From: Macrostomum lignano
Taxonomy: Eukaryota
Length of the DNA stretch: 64,000 nucleotides
Direction of reading: 5' to 3'
NCBI GenBank assembly: GCA_002269645.1
Contig: NIVC01000111.1
Span: 289,633 to 353,632 of the forward strand
Part shown: positions 48,645 to 59,508 of the stretch, piece after piece
How positions within the stretch are numbered: the stretch's first letter is position 1
Layout of the letters: each line of letters opens with the position of its first letter
Notes under the pieces: generated by a model
What the model was told of the DNA's origin: nothing
Database searches by the model: none
What the model saw: the letters and a program-made list of their open reading frames with translations, nothing else
Made by a program: the position numbers and the translations under genes

Positions 48645-48685
<41 letters not shown>

Positions 48686-48688
48686 GGC

Positions 48689-48741
<53 letters not shown>

Positions 48742-49380
48742 GGCAGACAGACAGACAGGCAGACAGACAGACAGACAGGCAGACAGGGAGACAGACAGAC
48801 AGGCAGACAGGCAGACAGGCAGACAGGCAGACAGGCAGACAGACACACAGACAGACAGGCAGACAGGCAGACAGGCAGACAGACAGACAGGCAGACAGGC
48901 AGACAGGCAGACAGGGAGACAGACACACAGACAGACAGACAGACAGGCAGACAGGGAGACAGACAGACAGGCAGACAGACAGGCAGACAGGCAGACAGAC
49001 AGACAGGCAGACAGGCAGACAGGCAGACAGGGAGACAGGGAGACAGGCAGACAGGCAGACAGGCAGACAGGCAGACAGGCAGACAGACACACAGACAGAC
49101 AGGCAGACAGGCAGACAGGCAGACAGGGAGACAGACACACAGACAGACAGACAGACAGGCAGACAGGGAGACAGACAGACAGGCAGACAGGCAGACAGAC
49201 ACACAGACAGACAGGCAGACAGGCAGACAGGCAGACAGGCAGACACACAGAAAGACAGACAGACAGACAGACAGACAGACAGGCAGACAGACAGACAGAC
49301 AGGCAGACACACAGACAGACAGAGAGACAGGCAGACAGGGAGACAGACAGACAGGCAGACAGACACACAGACAGACACAG
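48330..49380. repeat. ~1-kb (CAGA/CAGG)n microsatellite
   Basis: cagacagacaggcaga runs. Confidence 0.97.
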
Positions 49381-49409
49381 ACTTGCAAGCCTTAATTTCA
49401 TCACTGCAG

Positions 49410-49469
49410 AGCCATCAGTTTTCACTGTGCTGCAGCTTGGACCCTGGGCGACCGGGTCCTGTGTCAAAA
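49410..49469 (+). CDS. PH-3xSH2-like adaptor exon 7
   Basis: ctgcag|A GCC ATC (EAISFHCAAAWTLGDRVLCQK), donor AA|gtaagt; phase 2-2. Confidence 0.65.
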
Positions 49470-49555
49470 GTAAGTTTCAAAATTCCATTAGCATAAATCA
49501 TTTAATCTGCCAGCACCGATAAGCGCTGAAAGATCAAAACCCGCAAATTTCGCAG

Positions 49556-49675
49556 GCTGTTTGGAGGCGCGCCGAGCGGCACATTTGCCGCCGTGAGCGA
49601 CGCAGCGACCAATCGCCTGTTCCTGTACGCCTCTCACAATGGCCAGCTCGTTAAGCTGCCCTGGAGCGCTCGGCT
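49556..49675 (+). CDS. PH-3xSH2-like adaptor exon 8 (SH2-like 2, N-half); probable 1-nt deletion in the CCC run near 49659
   Basis: cgcag|G CTG TTT (LFGGAPSGTFAAVSDAATNRLFLYASHNGQLVKLP), donor |gtgagt. Confidence 0.6.
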
Positions 49676-49905
49676 GTGAGTGACAAAGAGAGTGACAGAA
49701 TGATAGTGAGAGTGACAAAGAGAGTGACAAAGAGAGTGACAGAATGATAGTGAGAGTGACAAAGAGAGTGACAAAGAGAGTGACAGAATGATAGTGAGAG
49801 TGACAAAGAGAGTGACAGAATGATAGTGAGAGTGACAAAGAGAGTGACAGAATGATAGTGAGAGTGACAATGAGAGTGCCAGAATGATTTTAGAGTGACA
49901 ATGAG
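49676..49905. repeat. ~32-bp compound minisatellite starting at the splice donor
   Basis: Unit GTGAGAGTGACAAAGAGAGTGACAGAATGATA. Confidence 0.9.
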
Positions 49906-49986
49906 AGTTGGTGAGACCTGGTTACCCTAGAGTTGCTTCATGCCGTGAATAAGATAGCCTTATAGAGCCAACTGAAATAATTGCAG

Positions 49987-50132
49987 GGCAAGATTTGGGC
50001 CGAGCCACTCGTGAAATTCTCTTCACTGGAGGAGCTGCTGGTCCACTATCACCAGCATGAACTGGAGCTGACACTGAATAACAGCCAGAGACGCATGGGT
50101 CTCCGCCTGACGACCCCCTGTCAGCTGTCCGA
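49987..50132 (+). CDS. PH-3xSH2-like adaptor exon 9 (SH2-like 2, C-half)
   Basis: ttgcag|GKIWAEPLVKFSSLEELLVHYHQHEL...LRLTTPC, a classic SH2 C-terminus; donor GA|gtgagt. Confidence 0.78.
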
Positions 50133-50239
50133 GTGAGTCATCAAGTACATGTACATCCTGACGGTTGGAGATGCTCAAGATTTTAGATCGAGTCAATAAG
50201 TTTATAATATTTTAACACTAGGACAGAATCGAGGTAAAA

Positions 50240-50260
50240 GTGACAGACAGACACACAGAA

Positions 50261-50305
<45 letters not shown>

Positions 50306-50418
50306 CAAAGACAGACAGGCAGACAGACAGACACTAAGACAGACAGACAGACAGACACTAAGACAGACAGACAGACACTAAGACAGACAGATAGACAGAC
50401 ACTAAGACAGACAGACAG
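50240..50418. repeat. (CAGA)n microsatellite
   Basis: cagacaga runs. Confidence 0.93.
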
Positions 50419-50825
50419 AGGTAATCTACCCGAATCTACCCGCCAATCAGCGAGGGGAGGCCTCGGAGGCGGGGTGGGACAGGCCGAGGAGTGGGTCGCT
50501 CCCTTAGAGGGTCCGATTGCTTGGAATTTCCGATTAGCTGGGTATTGTGGGGCAAGAGATTCTATTGGTCGAGAAAAGCATTTAGAAGGGCACCGATTTC
50601 CTCGGAATTTCCGAGTTGAGGGGTATGTGAGGAAGGAATTCGATTGGTCGAGAGTCCTGGTGGTCCGAGCATGATTTCGTTGGTCAACACACCCCGCCTC
50701 CAGGGCCTCCCCATCGCTGATTGGCCAGCTAATCAGCAACGTGCACCAGACCGTACCATTTCCTACTACTCCTAATCAACCGGATTAGAAAAAGCAATCC
50801 GGAAATTTCCGATTTCCCCCTCCAG

Positions 50826-51078
50826 ACAAGTTGAGCGGAACATCAAGCGCTACCTGGGCCAGCAGATCGAGGAGGAGACCGAAGAGCTCCCGGGCTGCGG
50901 GACCCGCGGAGGCAGCGTACTCATCGAGACCAAGAAACTCGGACCCGTCACCGTGCAGAACGAGAGCAGCACCGACCTGTCGCTGGAGCCCGTGCCAATC
51001 CTGCAGGTGAAGCTGTCCAACAGCTACCAGTACAAGGGCCCGATCGATGTCAAATCCAGCGAATATCGCTGCTTCGAT
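50826..51078 (+). CDS. PH-3xSH2-like adaptor exon 10 (SH2-like 3, N-part)
   Basis: ctccag|A CAA GTT; RYLGQQIEEETEEL...GSVLIETK...EYRCFD; donor GAT|gtaagc. Confidence 0.7.
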
Positions 51079-51159
51079 GTAAGCCAATTGTTGATTGCAT
51101 GCGTTTTTATTAGTTTGAAGCAGGGGCTAGGTGTGCACCCCGGCGAGAGGCATTACTGA

Positions 51160-52658
51160 GCAGGCACACACTCACACAGGAGGGCCCCACTTTATTTATC
51201 ATTAGACATGTACACTTCACTGTGCCATGGGGGCCGGGCCTCAAGGCCGTTAATTGCACGAGCAGAGCCAAGCCGAGATTCCGATTTAGCCCCAAAATAA
51301 TTTGACTTCACCTGGAATCGAGACTGAGCTTGCTTGGACATCAGAGCCCCGCGCTTGACCACCGGCCCCCATTAAGCTCAGGAAGGATGTACAGCAGCTG
51401 ACTTTCCTGGGGGGGGGGGTTGGCTCTTATGGTGCAATCAAGTCTTAAAAGCAATAAGAAAGCAATTCCCATTTCCAGGAGACCTTCACAGTCAGACGCA
51501 ATCCAGAGATGACATTCGACAGTCTGGAGAAGCTCATGCTCTACGTTAGTTCGCATCATCAGAAGTTGCGTTAAAAAGTTCCCGAAAGGTGTCGTAACTG
51601 ATTGACTATCACAAGATATTACATTATTGGTAACTTACAGTCTGTACTTTGCTTACCCCAGAGTTGCCTCCGATAAAGCAAATTCAATTGATTTTAATTG
51701 AGCAAACATTTTCCAACAGCATCTCAATAAAACATACTCGTACTGACTGATTGTTTTCTCTATTTTTATATACTGTAATCCGATTTTACTCACCTAATTA
51801 GACTTCCTAAACAAAACAGTTCCAAATCTTTCCTCATGTTCACAGTGAAGTCCCACTTGAAGCTATGGTTTGTACGAGTGCTACAATGTTGTAGTTTAGA
51901 CTTGCTCTTCTAGCAGTGGCCCTTGGTTTAAAAGTCCATTAGGGAAGGTGGTCAACTTTATTCAAGCATATTGGACCATGGACAACAGGTTTATTGATAG
52001 AATAGCAAAAACAAAAATGTGTCACTTTCTTGTAGCCAATAGTCGAATTCACGGTCCGCTCCCCAGTTAGACCGGTGTTTGATGAAACTCCACAAGGTAC
52101 GCCATCACCTAACACAACCCGGATGTAAGTTCGGAAATTTTGTTTTCTAATGATAGGCAATGATTGGTCACAAACATTTTTCTTCTGAAACGGGTTCCTA
52201 AATGTCTATTAGGGGTCACAGGGTGCATATTTACTCTATGGTTAGAATATGGGGCTTCGGCCCCTCACTTCTAAGCGACGCTCTGCCTCTGCACCCCCGC
52301 TAGCAGCGGGAGATGTCTATGGTAAAAAGCCTACCTAACAACACATTATTATCACCCCTCCTCTTTTTCGAGTTGTTGTCTATGGCCAAACTAACCAACA
52401 GAAGAAGACCAAAAAGGCAGGGGCTGTGTGCACCCATAAGCGACATTGTCTCACAACTGGTGAGAGGCATTATTGCCCATTCCGCCGACTCCCGCGGATG
52501 CGTACGCAGTCATACGCACAGGCAAACCCTCATACAGGAGTGCACAGCGGTCCTAGCTTTATTTATCGTTAGGCATGTACACTTCACTGTGCCTTGGGGT
52601 GGGGGTTGGCCTTCAAGGGCGTTAATTGCACGAGCAGAGCCAAGCCGAGATTCCAATT
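51160..52658. repeat. Pair of ~130-bp direct repeats (51160-51287 and 52518-52658)
   Basis: Shared CATGTACACTTCACTGTGCC and GTTAATTGCACGAGCAGAGCCAAGCCGAGATTCC. Confidence 0.8.
51479..51574 (+). CDS. PH-3xSH2-like adaptor exon 11 (terminal)
   Basis: tttccag|ETFTVRRNPEMTFDSLEKLMLYVSSHHQKLR*; AATAAA at 51726. Confidence 0.62.
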   Translation, partial: ETFTVRRNPEMTFDSLEKLMLYVSSHHQKLR

Positions 52659-53268
52659 GCAAATGCAAAACATGCATAGAATTCACATGCCAGTACATTC
52701 AATGTACATTTCGTATTCCAAATATTTCACACTCACTAAGACCATCTTTCATGCGCTATAACCAAGCTAAGAAATTCGGACTAATAATATAAACACATAA
52801 AACAAGTTTTTTTTCGATATAGAATTGCTTAACAATATCACAAAGAGTATCTTTATTTATTTATTTTTTCTTTCAAATGTAAACAAAACTGAAATTTATG
52901 TATCACTATTGTTTTGACCTTCATTTGTACGCTGTTGGCAACAACAATCAATATGTAGCTGGCATAATGCCGAAGAAAAATAGGCTTTATTCAGCAGAAA
53001 AATTGCACTTAGAGAATCTGGACGGATATTAATAAAAGGCCAAAGGCAAAATAAAAAGGTGAAATAAAAGCAGAAAATCTGGTGACTAGAGATTAGACAA
53101 ATCATAGTAAAACACGATCGATCACAGGACTACTGCAAAAAGATAAATATTAAAATTTAACGCGGTTTTGTGCAAAAAAGTACATGTTAAAATTGTTAAA
53201 GAAAATAGTCATTGGTATTTTTATCCGGCGAACAAGACTACTTGTCAGTAGCATCACAGTAGTCTCGC

Positions 53269-53392
53269 CTACAGCAGCTGGCAGGAGCAGCAGGAGTTGC
53301 TGGGCTGAGCGGCACCGCCTGCAGGCGGCTGCTTCTGCGGAATGTAAGAGAAACTCGGCGGCAGGTCGAAGCTCGGGCCATCGAACAGCATC
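53269..53392 (-). CDS. Uncharacterised repeat-domain CaaX protein, exon 8 of 8
   Basis: cgcag|G ATG CTG; MLFDGPSFDLPPSF...NSCCSCQLL*. Confidence 0.75.
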
Positions 53393-53417
53393 CTGCGGGT
53401 GCAGTGCCGGGCGGCTG

Positions 53418-53477
53418 TCCGTCTGTCTGTCTGTTTGTCTGTCTTAATGTCTGTCTGTCTGTCTGTCTGTTTGTCTA

Positions 53478-53514
<37 letters not shown>

Positions 53515-53531
53515 GTGTGTCTGTCGGTCTA

Positions 53532-53570
<39 letters not shown>

Positions 53571-53597
53571 GTCTGTGTGTCTGTCTGTCTTAATGCC

Positions 53598-53642
<45 letters not shown>

Positions 53643-53669
53643 GTCTGTGTGTCTGTCTGTCTTAATGCC

Positions 53670-53706
<37 letters not shown>

Positions 53707-53765
53707 GTCTGTCTGTCTGTCTATCTGTCTGTCTATCTGTCTGTGTGTGTGTCTGTCTTAATGCC

Positions 53766-53855
<90 letters not shown>
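53418..53855. repeat. (TGTC)n microsatellite filling intron 7
   Basis: gtctgtct runs. Confidence 0.95.
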
Positions 53856-53857
<2 letters not shown>

Positions 53858-53899
53858 GAGAGCTCAAACAGTGAACTGTGAACACAGTATTGAACGCAC

Positions 53900-54026
53900 C
53901 TGACAACGGTGAGTCGGTATCGTCCGTTGTAAGCCAGCTCAGGCCTGTAGGTGAGCTCTGTATTAATGGACGCAGCAGTCGGGTCCACGTACATGTTGAA
54001 TGTCTCGGCAGTGAGAACTCTACAGT
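53900..54026 (-). CDS. Uncharacterised CaaX protein exon 7
   Basis: tttcag|AC TGT (NCRVLTAETFNMY...RLTVV), donor AG|gtgcgt. Confidence 0.75.
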
Positions 54027-54185
54027 CTGAAAGCAAGAGCAAGTTTCAAAGTAGTTTATGAGAAATCTTGTTTAAGAGGACTCTAGTTTATGAGCAATGT
54101 AGTTTGTGGGGACTCTAATTTATGAGGATTCTAGTTGTCCCAGATTGAGGAATCAGAAGCGCACGTAAACACTGGAGCCACTCAC

Positions 54186-54351
54186 TGGCCTTGGCGGCGC
54201 CATCAAGCAGTCGCTGCATGAATCTGTTCAGCGGTTCGAAACTCTTCACCGAGATCCGGTCGGGCACAAACAGCTTCGAGGTCACCAGGCCCGAGTTTGT
54301 GGGCAGGCCTGTCTGCAGCCCGGCTGTGAGAGGCGACTTCACGTAGGCCAC
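54186..54351 (-). CDS. Uncharacterised CaaX protein exon 6
   Basis: cccag|GTG GCC TAC; KLFVPDRISVKSFEPLNRFMQRL; donor A|gtgagt. Confidence 0.78.
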
Positions 54352-54399
54352 CTGGGTGGGGAATTAATGAGGGATTTCGCTTGATTTCAGATCTATCAC

Positions 54400-55260
54400 T
54401 TCTGTACACACTTCTTTGAACACACATCCCTGTGTACAATCTTTGTACACACCTCTGAACAAACCTCTGTACACATCCATCTGTACACACCTCTGAAAAA
54501 AACTCTGTACACATCCATCTGTACACACCCATCTGTACACACCCATCTGTACACATCCATCTGTACACACCCATCTGTACACACCCATCTGTACACATCC
54601 ATCTGTACACACCCATCTGTACACACCCATCTGTACACACCCATCTGTACACACCCATCTGTACACACCCATCTGTACACACCCATCTGTACACCTATCT
54701 GTACACATCCATCTGTACACACCCATCTGTACACACCCATCTGTACACACCCATCTGTACACACCCATCTGTACACATCCATCTGTACACACCCATCTGT
54801 ACACATCCATCTGTACACACCCATCTGTACACATCCATCTGTACACACCCATCTGTACACATCCATCTGTACACATCCATTTGTACACATCCATCTGTAC
54901 ACATCCATCTGTACACGTTTCTGAAGAAATATCTGTACACATCCATCTGTACACACCCATCTGTACACATCCATCTGTACACACCCATCTGTAAACATCC
55001 ATCTGTACACATCCATATGTACACACCCATCTGTACACACCCATCTGTACACATCCATCTGTACACACCCATCTGTACACATCCATCTGTACACGCCTCT
55101 GAACAAATATCTGTACACATCCATCTGTACACGCCTCTGAACAAATATCTGTACACACCCATCTGTACACGCCTCTGAACAAATATCTGTGCATATCTAT
55201 CCGTACACACATCTGTACACATCCTTCTGTAAACATCTCTGTACCGGTACACCTCTCTGT
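54400..55260. repeat. 14-bp minisatellite filling intron 5
   Basis: Unit CATCTGTACACACC. Confidence 0.95.
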
Positions 55261-55291
55261 ACACATTTCCCCTGAGCACAGCTCTCCTCAC

Positions 55292-55458
55292 CCGGATGCA
55301 GGTGTGCTCCCTGAAGGGCACGCCAGCCGGCAGGAACTCATAAGACATGTTGCCGTCAAGTTGCAGCAGTTTGTTCATGTTGCTGGGCCCCAGCTGCTGC
55401 TGATCGTCCGCCTCGCGTTGACTGCGCAGAGCGATTTGCACCGGGCTCATTAGGAAGT
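55292..55458 (-). CDS. Uncharacterised CaaX protein exon 5
   Basis: cgcag|AC TTC CTA (DFLMSPVQ...EHTCIR), donor CGG|gtgagg. Confidence 0.72.
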
Positions 55459-55569
55459 CTGCGGGTGTATCGGTATGGGTATGGGACACTTTTGCTAGGT
55501 AAGCACACGTGGGAGACGTGGGAGACAGGAAAAGCAGGCCAGATAAAGGATAGGAATGATAGAGATTAT

Positions 55570-55975
55570 AGGAGATGGGAAACTACTCGTAGGATAGGGG
55601 GAAGGAGAGACGAGGAGAGATAAGAGGGGAGACGGGAGAGAGGAGATGGGAGATGGGAAGTGAAAGAGGGGAGACGGGATAGGGGAGATGGGAGACGGGA
55701 GAGGGGAGATGGGAGACGGGAGAGGGGAGATGGGAGACGGGAGAGGGGAGATGGGAGACGGGAGAGGGGAGATGGGAGACGGGAGAGGGGAGATGGGAGG
55801 GGAGACGGGAGAGGGGAGATGGGAGATCGGAGAGGGGAGATCGGAGATCGGAGAGGGGAGATAGGAGATGGGAATTGGAAGAAGGGAGACGGGATAGGGG
55901 AGATGGGAGACGGGAGAGGGGAGATGGGAGGGGAGACGGGATAGGGGGGTTGGGAGATCGGAGAGGGGAGATGGG
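55570..55975. repeat. 21-bp purine-rich minisatellite in intron 4
   Basis: Unit GGAGACGGGAGAGGGGAGATG. Confidence 0.93.
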
Positions 55976-56019
55976 CAAGGCAAGAGAGTAGAGACAGAAC
56001 AAGTACATAGAGCACCAAC

Positions 56020-56215
56020 CGCAGGTGGTGATGTTGAAGCTCTGCACGTCGGTGACCCGAGCTCCGGTGAGAGTGGAGGCAAACGACAGCGCATTGGTCA
56101 GAACAGTCTGGTAATCTTCGTATCGATTTGGCGCGGGAATGATCATGCTGTGCCTGTGCAAGTTGCTGTGCATTTGGCGGGGCTTGTAGTCCGGGTGCAC
56201 GTCTGGCACGAATAC
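56020..56215 (-). CDS. Uncharacterised CaaX protein exon 4
   Basis: tccag|GTA TTC GTG (VFVPDVHP...YEDYQTVLTNALSF...RVTDVQSF), donor G|gttggt. Confidence 0.75.
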
Positions 56216-56294
56216 CTGGATAGAGTTAGCGGGAGACTTGGTATTATTGGATTCCTATCAAGCATATCTCTCTTGTCAATATTTTAAGGCTCTT

Positions 56295-56930
56295 TCTTAT
56301 AGGGTTTTAGGGCGATTTCTTTTAGGGTTTTAGGGCGATTTCTTATAAGGTTTTAGGGCGATTTCTCATAGGGTTTTAGGGCGATTTCTCATAGGGTTTT
56401 AGGGCGATTTCTTATAGGGTTTTAGGGCGAATTCTCATAGGGTTTTAGGGCGATTTCTCATAGGGTTTTAGGGCGATTTCTCATAGGGTTTTAGGGCGAT
56501 TTCTCATAGGGTTTTAGGGCGATTTCTCATAGGGTTTTAGGGCGATTTCTCATAGGGTTTTAGGGCGATTTCTCATAGGGTTTTAGGGCGATTTCTCATA
56601 GGGTTTTAGGGCGATTTCTTATAGGGTTTTAGGGCGATTTCTCATAGGTTTTGGGGCGATTTCTCATGAGGTTTTTAAGCGATTTCTCATGAGGTGTTTA
56701 AGCGATTTCTCATGAGGTGTTTAAGCGATTTCTCATGAGGTGTTTAAGCGATTTCTCATAGGGTTTTAGGGCGATTTCTCATAGGGTTATAGGGCGAGTT
56801 CTCATAGGGTTATAGGACGAGTTCTCATAGGGTTATAGGGCGAGTTCTCATAGGGTTTTAGGGCGAGTTCTCATATGGTTATAGGGCGAGTTCTCATAGG
56901 GTTTTAGGGCGAGTTCTCATAGGGTTTCAG
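56295..56930. repeat. 23-bp minisatellite in intron 3
   Basis: Unit AGGGTTTTAGGGCGATTTCTCAT. Confidence 0.95.
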
Positions 56931-56974
56931 GACGATCCATAGAATTCCATAGTCGCAAGGCCAACTGCGCCAAC

Positions 56975-57596
56975 CTTGATCCCGATCTCCTGCCGCGGCA
57001 GCGGGTCTCCCACAATGTAGAACAGCCGGTAATAAAACAGCCGCATCCTGCTGACCTCTGCCAGGTGCCACTGAACCGTGGCGTCCAAGTCGAACTTTCG
57101 CTGATCAACTGCACACCGAAGCAGCATGGTCTGGACACCGCAGATCCTGCCAGGCGGAGGACTGGCCGACAGCCATTCGTTGATCCTGGGCAGAAACTCG
57201 GACAGCGGCTCAACAAAGGGCACGGAGAACTCTTTAGTAAAGGTTGGCACACAGGCGGACATGCCGTAGTTGTCCATGCCGCCAGCGGACTCGTCAAAGC
57301 CGAACCCGGGCCGCACTTGAGCGGCAATGGTTCGCTGCTCAATTCTCGGCATAGCGTTGATGTACCAGATCTGGGTTGGCTCGATCTCCTTCAGGCTGGC
57401 CCGCGGCTCCTGCCGGCACCACAGGCGGAGCCCGACGACGAAGGCGCGGATGAGGCGGCCAGGCTCGTGCTGCAGGGCCGCCTCGGGCTGCAGCTCGCCC
57501 TGCATGTTGGCCATCCGCTCGATGCACTCGCACCGGACCAGGGCGGAGATGCCGCGGTTGCTCGCCAGCCAGTTGTTGGCGGCCGACACCACCGTG
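56975..57596 (-). CDS. Uncharacterised CaaX protein exon 3
   Basis: tcaag|C ACG GTG (TVVSAANNWL...FVEPLSEFLPRINEWL...EIGIK), donor AAG|gttggc. Confidence 0.8.
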
Positions 57597-57789
57597 CTTG
57601 AGGGATAGAATGGATGCACTTTTGAGAACGAAAAGTACATGTGCACTTTTAGCGATGGAAAATTTAATAGATGCGCATGAGACTCTGAAAAAAGAGTTGA
57701 TTTGATAGATACTCGTAGCTATGAGATTCTGAAAGAGATTTGATTGATGGTAATGAGATTCTGAGAGAGATGGGGAATGAGGCTCCCAG

Positions 57790-58245
57790 AGAGATTTGAC
57801 AGTCAGGCATGAGACTCTGAGAGAGATTTGACAGACGGGCATGAGACTCTGAGAGAGATTTGACAGTCAGGCATGAGACTCTGAGAGAGATTTGACAGAC
57901 GGGCATGAGACTCTGAGAGAGATTTGACAGTCAGGCATGAGACTCTGAGAGAGATTTGACAGTCAGGCATGAGACTCTGAGAGAGATTTGACAGTCAGGC
58001 ATGAGACTCTGAGAGAGATTTGACAGTCAGGCATGAGACTCTGAGAGAGATTTGGCAGTCAGGCATGAGACTCAGAGAGATTTGACAGACGGGCATGAGA
58101 CTTTGAGAGAGATTTGACACATGGTTATGAGATTCTGAGAGAGATTTTATATATGGCTATGAGACTCTGAGAGAGATTTGATACATGGCTATGAGATTCT
58201 GAGAGAGATTTTATATATGGCTATGAGACTGAGAGAGATTTGACA
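57790..58245. repeat. 32-bp minisatellite in intron 2
   Basis: Unit GAGACTCTGAGAGAGATTTGACAGTCAGGCAT. Confidence 0.95.
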
Positions 58246-58294
58246 AATGGACAGGAGACCGCAGTACCACCAATACAGAGCTAGACTTGCTCAC

Positions 58295-58577
58295 TTAAAC
58301 GGCATAAACTGCGGACACCGCTGCGCCTGCAGGTTACCCGGGGCAACGCAGGCTGGGAAGAAATCCACCGCAGTCAGCAGCTGCTCGAAACGCTGCATTG
58401 GCCGGTCGATCGACGAATTCGAGCCTTTGACAGACGAGCCCTGCGGCAGGGTCGCCGACTGCGGCGGCGGTGGATATCTCGGCTGGCATGGAATCGGCGG
58501 TGGGCAGGCCGAGGCGTCATCGTTGGCGTAGGCGGGCAGCTGGTACAGGTCGGCGTCTGGAATGCGTTGCCGTGGGG
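58295..58577 (-). CDS. Uncharacterised CaaX protein exon 2
   Basis: caaag|CC CCA CGG (Pro-rich, then LLTAVDFFPAC...QFMPF), donor AA|gtgagc. Confidence 0.72.
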
Positions 58578-58580
58578 CTT

Positions 58581-59080
58581 TGCATCCGCCTACTCACCCC
58601 TTCCGCCCACGCATCCGCCTACTCACCCTTCCACCCACTCATCCGCCTACTCACCCCTTCCGCCCACGCATCCGCCTACTCACCCTTCCACCCACTCATC
58701 CACCTACTCACCCCTTCCGCCCACGCATCTGCCTACTCACCCTTCCACCCACGCATCTGCCTACTCACCCTTCCGCCCACGCATCCGCCTACTCACCCCT
58801 TCCGCCCACGCATCCGCCTACTCACCCTTTCCGCCCACGCATCCACCTACTCACCCTTTCCGCCCACGCATCCACCTACTCACCCTTTCCGCCCATGCAC
58901 CCGCCTACTCACCCTTTCCGCACACGCACCTGCCTACTCACCCTTTCCGCCCACGCATCCGCCTACTCACCCTTTCCGCCCATGCACCCGCCTACTCACC
59001 CTTTCCGCACACGCACCTGCCTACTCACCCCTTCCGCCCACGCATCCGCCTACTCACCCCTTCCGCCCAAGCATATCCGT
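58581..59080. repeat. 29-bp minisatellite in intron 1; units carry G|GTGAGT on the transcribed strand
   Basis: Plus-strand unit GCATCCGCCTACTCACCCCTTCCGCCCAC. Confidence 0.95.
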
Positions 59081-59134
59081 AGCCACCGCCTACGCATATC
59101 AATAAACTCCAACTCAACGCAATCACTGTCTCAC

Positions 59135-59213
59135 CTCTTATAGCCTCATAGTAGCCGGGCGGCAGGTTGAATCCCGGCTCCTTGGTGGCATCATTAGGCT
59201 CAGTTGACGCCAT
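59135..59213 (-). CDS. Uncharacterised CaaX protein exon 1; joined CDS 1764 nt, 587 aa
   Basis: tttcag-ccagc-ATG; MASTEPNDATKEPGFNLPPGYYEAIR; donor G|gtgaga. Confidence 0.68.
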
Positions 59214-59508
59214 GCTGGCTGAAATTTGTTTTGGAATAACAAGAAATTTGAGCAGAAATTGATAGACAGAATGAAGAATATCTAACCTATATTAATGTAT
59301 ACTACATCGCTATATACTAGGAGCATTCGAAAATAATGAAAGTTGCAGTTAATTTTCAGATTGACAGCTAGCTACAGAAATTGCTTATAATTGCTAATAA
59401 AGCAGCAGAGTATAATAAATTGCACCATAAATAAAAACATTAGACAGCTTATAAAAGTACAAAGCAATGAACTAAATATAATGAATTTTAGAAAATGTCA
59501 TCAACTGT

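Noticed and set aside
47984-49496. Several 360-460 aa ORFs of SVCL/RQTD repeats (similar ones at 53400-53900, 60000-60490, 62440-63470)
   Set aside because: Artefacts of (CAGA)n microsatellites
50785-51087. 100-aa minus-strand ORF (and 49488-49838 minus)
   Set aside because: Antisense shadows of plus-strand exons that have proper splice sites and SH2-like motifs
51939-52160. GDGVPCG resembling the RT GVPQG motif
   Set aside because: Isolated match with no flanking RT motifs
54203-56209. Cys/Met-rich and Pro/Ser-rich ORFs
   Set aside because: Products of 14-bp and 21-bp arrays; only the spliced exon portions were kept
56295-56930. Telomere-like TTTTAGGG within the 23-bp unit
   Set aside because: Embedded in a longer unit inside an intron; not a TTAGGG tract
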